Assembly: GCA_030586555.1 (NCBI GenBank)
Contig: JAURAC010000040.1
Span: 13,107-26,402, forward strand
Direction: 5' to 3'
DNA length: 13,296 nucleotides
From: Candidatus Subterrananammoxibius californiae
GTDB lineage: Bacteria; Planctomycetota; Brocadiia; Brocadiales; Subterrananammoxibiaceae
Part shown: positions 1 through 7,655 of the stretch, one piece after another
How positions within the stretch are numbered: the stretch's first letter is position 1
Layout: each line of letters begins with the position of its first letter
Position numbers and translations under genes: made by a program
The notes under the pieces: generated by a model
What the model saw: the letters and a program-made list of their open reading frames with translations, nothing else
What the model was told of the DNA's origin: nothing
The model's database searches: none

Positions 1-60
1 CTGGAAGGGTTTTATGAAGATGTATATTTCCACATCTGTGGGAAGTATTTTCCTTGTTGA
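1..60 (+). CDS. Possible 3' end of an unidentified gene (LEGFYEDVYFHICGKYFPC*), truncated by the window edge
   Basis: Frame 1 is open from base 1 to TGA at 58-60. It converges on proB across an inverted-repeat hairpin. Too short to identify. Confidence 0.3.
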   Translation: MEGFYEDVYFHICGKYFPC

Positions 61-130
61 GTTGCGAGTCGGCGAGTTGAGAGTTAAAAGTTAAAGGACT
101 CACAACTCGCAACTCACAACTCTCGACTCA
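58..130. repeat. Inverted heptamer tandem array (GAGTTGC-like / ACTCACA-like), possible bidirectional terminator
   Basis: TGAGTTGCGAGT (58-69) is the perfect reverse complement of ACTCGCAACTCA (105-116). Both arms show ~7-nt periodicity. The array overlaps the proB stop codon. Confidence 0.75.
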
Positions 131-1259
131 TTATAACCATATTATCCCTGTGGATAACCTCGTCATAAGGTTTTGAGCCCAGTGTTTTACTAATAGTTTG
201 AGTGCTAAGGCCGGCTATCATTTTAATCTCATTTGAGGAATAATTTATTAAGCCACGGGCAAATTCTACCCTATCGTGGTCTAAGATTGATACAACGTCT
301 CCTTTCTCGAAATCACCTTCAAGTGCCGTTATCCCCGATGCTAACAAGCTTTTACCCCTTTTTGTCAAGGCTTCGACGGCTCCAGTATCAACAAAGATGC
401 GCCCCTTTGGTCTTATGCTGAAACCAATCCACCTCTTTCGGCTCGTCAACTTTTGTTTTGCAGGAAGGAAGAGCGTTCCAATATTAGCACCCTGCATAAT
501 CTTTAACAAAACATCATGTTCTCTGCCATTAGCAATTATTACCGTCTCTCCCGAATTAGTTGCAATATCTGCGGCTCGAAGTTTTGTTTCCATGCCTCCC
601 ACACCTCGTTCCGTTTTATCGCTAAAGGCAAGCCTTTTTATTTCATCTGTGATAGACTCAACGATGGGTATAATCCTGTCACCCTTGCCGCCAGAAGGAG
701 GCACGGCATATAGACCATCTACTGATGAAAGCATGATAAGCAGGTCGGCACGAAGCAAGTTTGTAACAAGGGCTGAAAGCGTGTCATTATCGCCGAACGC
801 AATCTCATCTATAGATATGGTATCGTTTTCATTTATTACAGGAATGATTTTCAGGTTAAAAAGCGTGTGGATTGTATTGCTGGCATTAAGATAGCGCTTG
901 CGGTCCTCAAAATCCTCGCGGGTAAGGAGAATCTGGGCTGCATGGTATCCTTGCTTTTTAAAACATTCATCATAAGCCGCTATAAGCTTGCCCTGTCCCA
1001 CAGCTGCCGCTGCCTGCAGTTCTGGCAATGTCTTTGGTCTGACTCTAAGTCCCAGTTCCCCGATGCCTGCCCCTATAGCCCCAGAACTGACGATTACGAC
1101 ATCGTAGCCCTTAATTCTTAGCCCTACAACCTGTTGAGAAAGCTCAGCAATCTGGTTTCTATCCAGAAATCCAGCCTTATCGGTTAGTACCGCAGTACCG
1201 ACCTTGACTACGATTTTTTTTACCTTCGAGATAATTTCTTTGCGTATATCGTTGGTCAT
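114..1259 (-). CDS. proB: Glutamate 5-kinase with C-terminal PUA domain
   Basis: Motifs IVVKVGT, VSSGAIGAG, AAAAVGQ, INENDTIS, FGDNDTLSALV and GGMETKL; PUA-domain tail with GKSLLASGI and EVIHRDNMV. Confidence 0.97.
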   Translation of the reverse strand: MTNDIRKEIISKVKKIVVKVGTAVLTDKAGFLDRNQIAELSQQVVGLRIKGYDVVIVSSGAIGAGIGELGLRVRPKTLPELQAAAAVGQGKLIAAYDECFKKQGYHAAQILLTREDFEDRKRYLNASNTIHTLFNLKIIPVINENDTISIDEIAFGDNDTLSALVTNLLRADLLIMLSSVDGLYAVPPSGGKGDRIIPIVESITDEIKRLAFSDKTERGVGGMETKLRAADIATNSGETVIIANGREHDVLLKIMQGANIGTLFLPAKQKLTSRKRWIGFSIRPKGRIFVDTGAVEALTKRGKSLLASGITALEGDFEKGDVVSILDHDRVEFARGLINYSSNEIKMIAGLSTQTISKTLGSKPYDEVIHRDNMVIMSREL

Positions 1260-1287
1260 ATTTTATAACAGGGAATAAAGAACCTGT

Positions 1288-1318
1288 AACTAATTCAACT
1301 AACCCAACCAATAAAACC
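1288..1318. repeat. Short degenerate 9-mer tandem repeat (AACTAATTC AACTAACCC AACCAATAA AACC)
   Basis: 9-nt periodicity visible upstream of proB. Confidence 0.45.
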
Positions 1319-1350
1319 GTTTGAAACTGTCCCTTTAACCCAAAAAAGAC

Positions 1351-1379
1351 TTGACATTTATTTTCTTTATGAGTATTAT
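1351..1379 (+). promoter_or_regulatory. sigma70-type promoter of the histone gene
   Basis: TTGACA (1351-1356), 17-nt spacer, TATTAT (1374-1379). RBS TAAGGAGG at 1411-1418 precedes the ATG at 1424. Confidence 0.85.
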
Positions 1380-1423
1380 CACATCTCAAATTCACGGGGC
1401 CTGTAAAAATTAAGGAGGAACGT

Positions 1424-1636
1424 ATGGCAAAGAAAGCGGCAAAAAGGGCAGCTCCAAAATCAAAAGAGGTGCTTGTCGTTGGCAGCAAGGTTAGAGACTA
1501 TATTAAGTCCAAGGGGTGCATGACCTCCAGTGAACTTATCGGCGCATTGAGCGACCAGGTTTGCTGTTTGCTCGATTGCGCTGTCGGTCGAGCGCAGGCA
1601 AACGGGAGAAAGACCGTTTCTGCAAGGGATGTATAG
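1424..1636 (+). CDS. Bacterial histone-fold DNA-binding protein (Bd0055/HBb- and Leptospira HLp-like) with basic N-terminal tail
   Basis: EVLVVGSKVRDYIKSKG-MTS...LSDQV...A.ANGRKTVSARD matches the pattern I recall for bacterial histones, including the L2 RKTVxxxD Arg-Asp clamp. Strong promoter and RBS. Confidence 0.9.
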   Translation: MAKKAAKRAAPKSKEVLVVGSKVRDYIKSKGCMTSSELIGALSDQVCCLLDCAVGRAQANGRKTVSARDV

Positions 1637-1658
1637 TATACAAGCAATATCAGGTAAA

Positions 1659-1696
1659 GTAGCGGGCTTCATTTACGCAGGCCCCAAAGCCCGTTA
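1659..1696 (+). terminator. Hairpin after the histone gene (terminator-like or GTAG REP-like)
   Basis: GTAGCGGGCTT (1659-1669) pairs with AAGCCCGTTA (1687-1696). No clear U-tract. Confidence 0.45.
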
Positions 1697-1708
1697 ACTC
1701 TATAGTTC

Positions 1709-1823
1709 GGTAGACAACGAACCCACCCAAAAGAAGGCGGACTTTCGGCTTTATGTTCGTTGGGTCGAAGATTCGCCGAAGGCGAACATCAACGAGGTAA
1801 AACCTCGTTGTCTACCACCCTAT
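1709..1823. repeat. REPIN/MITE-like composite palindromic element overlapping the gatB 3' end
   Basis: 12-bp inverted repeats GGTAGACAACGA (1709-1720) / TCGTTGTCTACC (1805-1816). Internal hairpins: CAACGAAC/GTTCGTTG, TTCGCC-gaa-GGCGAA (1772-1786) and CAACGAGGT-aaa-ACCTCGTTG (1790-1810). Confidence 0.75.
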
Positions 1824-3267
1824 CCAGAAAAGTCCTTAGTATCTCACTTACAACCCTTGGATTAGCCTTGCCCTTTGTTTCCCTCATTATTTGCCCTATT
1901 AAAAATCCAAAAGCATTTTTCTTTCCCCTCCTATAATCTGCAACGGTATTAGGGTTACTTTCTACAACCCTTTTGACCACTTCCTCAATTACCCTTTCAT
2001 CGCTAATCTGAATAAGCCCTTTTTCCTCCACTATCCTGTTAGCAGTTTGCCCTGTTTCAATCATTTCTGCAAATATCTCACGCGCAGTAAGCAGATTGAC
2101 CTTGCCCTCGTCCACCATTTTTACAAGTTCGACTAATCTTGCCGGCGTTACAACAAAGCTATAAATATCAAATCCCTTCTCCTTACGCTCCCTTAGCACA
2201 TCATTGGTTATCCAGTTGCTTATCGTCTTTGGGGAATTGTAAATCTTTACACATTGCTCAAAATAATCTGCAACAGCCTTTTCATCGGTAAGCACACGGG
2301 CGTCATAATTAGATAGACAATATTCCTCTACAAACCTCTCATAACGCGCCACAGGAAGTTCTGGAATGGTTCGCTTTATTTCGGCAATCCATGCGGCATC
2401 AATCAATACAGGGACAAGGTCAGGTTCGGGGAAATAGCGGTAATCATGGGCTTCCTCTTTACTGCGCATCCTTTCGCTTCTTTCATGGACCTCATCCCAG
2501 AGCCTTGTTTCACGTTCCACAACACTCCCACTGTTTAATAATTCGGTTTGTCTTTTTATTTCAAAATCAAGAACCTTCAAGACCGCCTTCATTGAGTTAA
2601 GATTCTTAATCTCCACCCTGTGGCCAAGCCTTTCTTCTCCTTTCTTTCTAAGCGATACGCTTGCCTCGAAGCGCAGAGACCCTTCCTGCATCTTGCAGTC
2701 GGAGACCTCGATATAAAGAAGGACGTTCCTGAGGGTTTCCATGTAGCTTTCCACCTCATCGAGACTGCGCATATCGGGGTTGCTGACAATCTCCAAAAGA
2801 GGAACGCCTGCACGATTAAAATCAACAAGACTAAAATCGGCGCCTGTCGTTTCAGGATGTATAAGCTTCCCCGCCTCTTCTTCAAGATGAACGTTATGGA
2901 TGCTCACCCTCTTTTTATCCGCCTGAGGCGGATTAATCCTCAGGTCAATATATCCATTTGTGCCTAAGTTGAGATAATTCTGCGAAATCTGATAATTCTT
3001 CGGCAAATCAGGATAGTAATATCCCTTGCGGTCAAAGTTGGTAAATTGTTTTATCTCACAATTAAGGGCAAGGGCTGCCTTCAGGGCATACTCAAATGCC
3101 TTTTTGTTCATAACGGGCAAGACACCAGGCATTCCAAGACATATCGGACAGACCTGCGTATTAGGTTCAGCGCCGAATTTCGTACTGCATCCACAGAAGA
3201 GCTTCGTTTCCGTGGAAAGCTCCGCATGCGTCTCAAGACCAATTACAATTTCGTATTCCATATTCAT
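1789..3267 (-). CDS. gatB: Asp-tRNA(Asn)/Glu-tRNA(Gln) amidotransferase subunit B
   Basis: IGLETHAEL, CPICLGMPGVLP, YYYPDLPKNYQISQ, DFNRAGVPLLEIV, VEIKNLNS, RSKEEAHDYRYFPEPDL, GKANP. Confidence 0.98.
   Translation of the reverse strand: MNMEYEIVIGLETHAELSTETKLFCGCSTKFGAEPNTQVCPICLGMPGVLPVMNKKAFEYALKAALALNCEIKQFTNFDRKGYYYPDLPKNYQISQNYLNLGTNGYIDLRINPPQADKKRVSIHNVHLEEEAGKLIHPETTGADFSLVDFNRAGVPLLEIVSNPDMRSLDEVESYMETLRNVLLYIEVSDCKMQEGSLRFEASVSLRKKGEERLGHRVEIKNLNSMKAVLKVLDFEIKRQTELLNSGSVVERETRLWDEVHERSERMRSKEEAHDYRYFPEPDLVPVLIDAAWIAEIKRTIPELPVARYERFVEEYCLSNYDARVLTDEKAVADYFEQCVKIYNSPKTISNWITNDVLRERKEKGFDIYSFVVTPARLVELVKMVDEGKVNLLTAREIFAEMIETGQTANRIVEEKGLIQISDERVIEEVVKRVVESNPNTVADYRRGKKNAFGFLIGQIMRETKGKANPRVVSEILRTFLDRVVDNEVLPR
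2917..2933. repeat. In-frame mini-palindrome inside gatB (encodes NPPQAD)
   Basis: ATCCGCC-tga-GGCGGAT is a perfect 7-bp stem. Confidence 0.65.
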
Positions 3268-3280
3268 TAGGCTTAAGCCC

Positions 3281-4738
3281 TCAGCCTGGCTTTTTCAGGT
3301 GATAATCCGTTTCTCTTTCAAAAGCCTTTGCCACGTTAAGGATTTTTGCCTCCTCAAAGTGCCTTCCGAGAATCTGCATGCCGATTGGTAAATTGTCCCT
3401 TGTAAAACCGCAGGGAATAGAAATTCCCGGGATTCCTGCAAGATTGGCAGGAATTGTAAAGATGTCTGAAAGGTACATTTCAAGGGGATTCGTAGTCTTT
3501 TCTCCAATCTTAAATGCAGGTGTTGGCGATGTGGGGCATATAATACAATCTACTTTTCCGAACGCTGAAAGAAAATCATTTTTTATCAGGGTGCGCACCT
3601 TAGACGCCTTCAGGTAATACGCATCATAATAACCCGAACTTAATGCGTATGTGCCAAGCATTATGCGCCTCTTTACCTCACTTCCAAAACCCTCTGCTCG
3701 GCTGCGGCTATACATATCTATTATACCATTATTAGACGAAGACCTAAATCCGTATCGAACGCCATCATATCTTGCGAGATTAGAACTCGCCTCAGCCGTG
3801 GCAATGATATAATACACAGCCACTGCATACTCTGTATGCGGAAGTGATATATCAATTATCTCTGCGCCAAGTTTTTCAAATAGTCTTAGAGCATCCTCTA
3901 CTGCCTTTTTTATTTCCTGGTTAAGGTCGAATCCAAAATACTCTTTCGGCACGCCGATACGCAACCCCTTAATCGTGCCGTCAAGCAGAGAGGGGTAATC
4001 CTGTACGGGAAGCCCGGCAGATGTGGAATCCATCCCGTCGTGTCCAGCGATTACCCCTAATAAAAGGGCAGCATCTGAGACATCCTTCGTAAGCGTTCCA
4101 ATCTGGTCAAGGGAGGAACCAAAGGCTACCAATCCATAACGAGAAACCCGCCCGTAGGTGGGTTTTAGACCTACTATCCCACAGAGGGCAGCCGGCTGAC
4201 GTATAGAGCCGCCTGTATCCGACCCGAGTGCAAGAAATGCCATATCGGCAGCTACCGCCGCGGCTGAACCGCCGCTTGAGCCACCCGGGATGCGCCCCAC
4301 GTCCCAGGGGTTGCAGGTAACTTGAAACCTGCTGTTTTCCGTGCTTGAGCCCATGGCAAACTCATCCATATTCGTTTTGCCAATGATTATTGCATCCTCT
4401 TCCTTCAGGCGTTCTATTACGCGGGCGTCGTAAGGCGGCACAAAATTCTCAAGGATTTTAGAAGCACAGGTAGTCTTAAGGCTCTTTGTGCATAAGTTAT
4501 CCTTAATTGCAACAGGTATTCCAGTTAGCTTACCGACCGGTAGCCCTTTTTTTAGTTTAAGGTCAATTGTCTTTGCCCTGTCAAGCGCTGACTCTTTATC
4601 CAGCGTGAGATATGCCTTAATCTTGGTGTCCTTGCGCTCAATCTCCGTAAAGAGTTCTTCAACCACTGTTGTAGCAGTTACTTCCTGCGATAATATTTTT
4701 TCTTTAATCTGGTTTGCGCTAAGCTGGCAAAGGCTCAT
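3281..4738 (-). CDS. gatA: Asp-tRNA(Asn)/Glu-tRNA(Gln) amidotransferase subunit A (start probably 4738, [11 protein letters not shown] extends to 4774)
   Basis: Amidase signature [65 protein letters not shown]. Confidence 0.98.
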   Translation of the reverse strand: MSLCQLSANQIKEKILSQEVTATTVVEELFTEIERKDTKIKAYLTLDKESALDRAKTIDLKLKKGLPVGKLTGIPVAIKDNLCTKSLKTTCASKILENFVPPYDARVIERLKEEDAIIIGKTNMDEFAMGSSTENSRFQVTCNPWDVGRIPGGSSGGSAAAVAADMAFLALGSDTGGSIRQPAALCGIVGLKPTYGRVSRYGLVAFGSSLDQIGTLTKDVSDAALLLGVIAGHDGMDSTSAGLPVQDYPSLLDGTIKGLRIGVPKEYFGFDLNQEIKKAVEDALRLFEKLGAEIIDISLPHTEYAVAVYYIIATAEASSNLARYDGVRYGFRSSSNNGIIDMYSRSRAEGFGSEVKRRIMLGTYALSSGYYDAYYLKASKVRTLIKNDFLSAFGKVDCIICPTSPTPAFKIGEKTTNPLEMYLSDIFTIPANLAGIPGISIPCGFTRDNLPIGMQILGRHFEEAKILNVAKAFERETDYHLKKPG

Positions 4739-4838
4739 TTTAAAATCCAACCTGAAATACTTTATGTTTTCCATTCCTTAATTTTTTCTTCATACGCAGA
4801 CGAGGCTATACTCCAACTGAGATTACAAAAATATCTTT

Positions 4839-5912
4839 TTATAAGTCTATATCTTCTAAACTCATATCGTTAATGAATACTTTAAAGCTGTTTTCTTTTG
4901 ATTCTTTTTTAAGAAGTTGCAAAAGTTCCAGTTGAGAGTCTCTTAATTCTTCTTTAGAAAATTTCACATCGCTTGTAAGTTTCAAAACTGCAACAGGAAG
5001 ATATTCTTTACCCCCAATTTCTACCTCTTTTAGATTCGTGAATAAAATCATCTTTACCAATCCGTCTTTTATATCTTCTAATGACGGGATTAAGCTCTGT
5101 TTACTGTGTTTGCCTTCAATCAAATAGATAGTTTCTTTTTCAATATTAATCTCGTCACATGTAAGATAGTAATATCCTCCAAGATAGTTTTTAATGGTTA
5201 GGGTTGCTTTAATCCCCGATAATCTTTCTTTTGGTTGAACAGTCACGCTTTCTCTATTTTGTGCATTTTTAGCTAATCCTCTGGAAAGTTCCATAAATGC
5301 TTCTTTCCCCTTAAGAAGTAACCGTATCCTTTTTTCTGCTGAGGTTTTTGAGTGCATTTCAACTCCAAGATTTTTCGAGATTTTTGCATAAGAATCTAAA
5401 GCCTTTTGTCCAAGCTCTCCGACTTTTTCAATTTGAGCAAGGTTCCAGTGTAATGCATCGGATTGGTAAGATAAAAGATTGTATATATCTTCCTTAAGGT
5501 GGACTATATCAAATCTTTGCCTTGTTATCTTGTGTTTGTATCTCGAACTTTGCTCTGCATTACTGTAATAAGAGATGATTGTATAAACACCCAATAAACT
5601 CATCAAAGAAACAGTATCCCATTGTAAAAAGTCTCTGTCTCCTTCTTTACCTTCGTCTTTTACAAAGGGAATTATGGTTACTTTTTTCCCTGGAAAGATT
5701 AAAGAATCATAAACCCTTGCGTACGGATACGACCTTGTCCTTTTTGCTGACACCCACCAACTTACAGCAATTTGTCTTTTCTTATCAATATTTAGGATAA
5801 AACTAACAGCGTTTGTTAATGCATCGTCGAGATGACTAATGCTGAAGGTATCCAACTTACGACATAAGAAAGGTGAATATTTTATGCCAGTTATTTTAGC
5901 CGATACATCCAT
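4839..5912 (-). CDS. Putative type II restriction endonuclease (PD-(D/E)xK-like)
   Basis: Start overlaps the MTase stop by 17 nt. AT-rich. Candidate catalytic motif TCDE...LIEGK. Assignment rests on context and motif; specificity unknown. Confidence 0.7.
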   Translation of the reverse strand: MDVSAKITGIKYSPFLCRKLDTFSISHLDDALTNAVSFILNIDKKRQIAVSWWVSAKRTRSYPYARVYDSLIFPGKKVTIIPFVKDEGKEGDRDFLQWDTVSLMSLLGVYTIISYYSNAEQSSRYKHKITRQRFDIVHLKEDIYNLLSYQSDALHWNLAQIEKVGELGQKALDSYAKISKNLGVEMHSKTSAEKRIRLLLKGKEAFMELSRGLAKNAQNRESVTVQPKERLSGIKATLTIKNYLGGYYYLTCDEINIEKETIYLIEGKHSKQSLIPSLEDIKDGLVKMILFTNLKEVEIGGKEYLPVAVLKLTSDVKFSKEELRDSQLELLQLLKKESKENSFKVFINDMSLEDIDL

Positions 5913-6747
5913 ATTTAATCGCTTCTCTTATTACAATTTCAAAAGTGTCATTTTGACTGTAGAGATTAAATTGTCCATCAAAACCAAGGTTTTTCTTGAT
6001 AATAGGAATGAGCGATTTTTTTATTTCTATTCCAATACTATTTCGCTTTAATTCTTTAGCAACTTTCATTGTCGTTCCGCTACCAACAAATGGGTCCAGT
6101 ATAGTTTCTCCAATATATGAGAATAATTTTGTAATTCTATAAGGCAATTCTTTAGGAAATGCTGCAATTTCTTTTTCTAATTGTGCGCCTGGCAGGACAT
6201 TGGTCATCTCCCAAAGTGTCATATACCATTTATTGTCCTGAAATTCTTTAGTATCTATTTTAGAAGACTCTCTTATATCTTTAGGTATGGATTTATAATC
6301 AAATTTTCCTTTTTGAAAAATGAGAATGCTTTCAAGTAGATTATCAGGGTAGAAATACATCGGATAAGGATTCTGTAAAATAACCCCGCTTCTTCTACTA
6401 ATCCTCAGGTATCCATCGGGTTTTTTCCAGACAATCCTATCTCTATATCGAAACCCTGCGTCAAGAAATAGCTTAGTAGCATCTGCAACAATTGGAAACT
6501 TTTCTCCGTCTATGAGCATATCATCAATATTAAGAACGGCAATCCTTCCATTTTTAAGTACCCTGAACACTTCTTTAGCAACCCTATTTAGTACGCCCAA
6601 ATATTGTTCATAATTTTTGAATAGCCCTTTATAATCAAAAGGGGCGTTAAAGTATGGAGGAGATGTAACTATCAAATGAACACTTTCATCCGAAATTTCT
6701 TCCATACTCATACAATTACCAAGTATTAATTTATGATGGGTTGCCAT
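5896..6747 (-). CDS. Site-specific DNA amino-methyltransferase, beta class (probably N4-cytosine)
   Basis: Motif IV TSPPY near the N-terminus and motif I LDPFVGSGTT near the C-terminus (beta order); also AAFPKELPYR and SIGIEI. Confidence 0.93.
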   Translation of the reverse strand: MATHHKLILGNCMSMEEISDESVHLIVTSPPYFNAPFDYKGLFKNYEQYLGVLNRVAKEVFRVLKNGRIAVLNIDDMLIDGEKFPIVADATKLFLDAGFRYRDRIVWKKPDGYLRISRRSGVILQNPYPMYFYPDNLLESILIFQKGKFDYKSIPKDIRESSKIDTKEFQDNKWYMTLWEMTNVLPGAQLEKEIAAFPKELPYRITKLFSYIGETILDPFVGSGTTMKVAKELKRNSIGIEIKKSLIPIIKKNLGFDGQFNLYSQNDTFEIVIREAIKYGCIG

Positions 6748-6794
6748 TTTTCATTCACCACAACTTCACTTCTGCTTTGCGCTAAGTTATCAAA

Positions 6795-6821
6795 AGGGCA
6801 AACACACTGGTTTGCCCCTAC
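6795..6821 (-). repeat. GTAG-family REP-like palindrome
   Basis: Minus strand reads GTAG-GGGCAAAC-cagtgt-GTTTGCCC-T, starting 1 nt after the gatC stop. Confidence 0.75.
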
Positions 6822-6822
6822 T

Positions 6823-7110
6823 TTAATCTATTACCTTAGGAACCTTGAAAAAACCTAATGCCTGGGATGGGGCATTTTGAAGGACCGTTCCCCGAGGGAG
6901 GGAAGGCACTGTCTTATCCTCACGAAAGACATTGTTAAATGCGGCTGCATACGCCATCGGCTCGACGTGCTCGGTGTTTAATTTATTTAACTTCTCAATA
7001 TATGCAAGAATATTGCCGAGCTGATGTGAAAATAACTCTTTTTCTTCCTCACTAAGTTCCAACCTCGAAAGGATGGCAATATGCTCTAATTCCTTTTTCG
7101 TTATGCCCAT
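6823..7110 (-). CDS. gatC: Asp-tRNA(Asn)/Glu-tRNA(Gln) amidotransferase subunit C (start probably 7110, MGITKKE)
   Basis: ITKKELEHIAILSRLEL, ILAYIEKLNKLNTEHVEP, NVFRED, NAP...FFKVPKVI; 95 aa from 7110. Confidence 0.96.
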   Translation of the reverse strand: MGITKKELEHIAILSRLELSEEEKELFSHQLGNILAYIEKLNKLNTEHVEPMAYAAAFNNVFREDKTVPSLPRGTVLQNAPSQALGFFKVPKVID

Positions 7111-7186
7111 TTTCCTGATTAAACCATTCCGGGACAAGTTTTAAATTGCAAATTTAAGATTTTAGATTTAAAATTTACAATTGAGA

Positions 7187-7215
7187 ATATTATCAAAAAT
7201 AACTCTACAGGTCAA
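7187..7215 (-). promoter_or_regulatory. Putative sigma70 promoter for gatC-RM-gatAB
   Basis: Minus strand TTGACC (7215-7210), 17-nt spacer, TAATAT (7192-7187). Confidence 0.5.
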
Positions 7216-7239
7216 TAATAAGTTATGGAGGGTACTAAT

Positions 7240-7566
7240 ATGTCTGAACTCGCCTCAAAAACATGTGTACCTTGCAAAGGCGGAGTGCCGCCCCTGAAAG
7301 GTGAAGCGCTTCAAGCATTGCAAAAGCAAGTAAGCGGCTGGAATGTGGTGGAAGAGCATCACATAGTGAAGTCCTTTAAATTTCCTGACTTTCTCAAGGC
7401 ATTGGACTTTGTGAATCGAGTGGGTGCGATTGCTGAAGAGCAGGGTCACCATCCCATAATCACCTTTACGTGGGGGAAAGTGGAAATCAAAATTTATACC
7501 CACAAGATTAATGGATTGACGGAAAGCGATTTTATCCTGGCTGCGAAGATTGATGCTTTAGGATGA
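7240..7566 (+). CDS. Pterin-4-alpha-carbinolamine dehydratase (PCD/PhhB family)
   Basis: CVPCKGG N-terminus, FKFPDF, AEEQGHHP, THKINGLTESDFILAAKID. GGAGG RBS before the ATG at 7240. Confidence 0.95.
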   Translation: MSELASKTCVPCKGGVPPLKGEALQALQKQVSGWNVVEEHHIVKSFKFPDFLKALDFVNRVGAIAEEQGHHPIITFTWGKVEIKIYTHKINGLTESDFILAAKIDALG

Positions 7567-7568
7567 CA

Positions 7569-7613
7569 AATCCCCCTGAATCCCCCTTTGGTAAAGGGGG
7601 ACTGAGGGGGATT
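7569..7613. repeat. Poly-C/poly-G nested palindrome (REP-like; possible terminator)
   Basis: AATCCCCCT-gaa-TCCCCCTTT-ggt-AAAGGGGGA-ctg-AGGGGGATT forms two perfect 9-bp stems. Confidence 0.8.
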
Positions 7614-7655
7614 ATTCTTCTTGGTCCTCAGAATCTTTTATATTAAAATACCATC

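Noticed and set aside
150..158. DnaA-box consensus TGTGGATAA
   Set aside because: Single copy inside proB coding sequence (VIHR), with no box cluster or origin context.
687..702. Imperfect palindrome GCCGCC-agaa-GGAGGC in proB (PPSGG)
   Set aside because: It resembles the CCGCC/GGCGG mini-elements, but it has a mismatch and the loop appears normal in length for ProB, so an insertion is not supported.
1640..1790. Possible structured ncRNA or riboswitch downstream of the histone gene
   Set aside because: The hairpins are explained by REP-like palindromes between convergent genes, and I recognise no tRNA or Rfam-type motif. An Infernal search would settle it.
4839..5912. Assigning a named enzyme or recognition sequence to the R-M system
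   Set aside because: This cannot be determined from the sequence alone; it needs a REBASE comparison or methylome data.
7139..7182. AT-rich weakly periodic stretch upstream of gatC (AAATTGC AAATTTA AGATTTT AGATTTA AAATTTA)
   Set aside because: It may be a decayed heptamer array but is too low in complexity to call with confidence.
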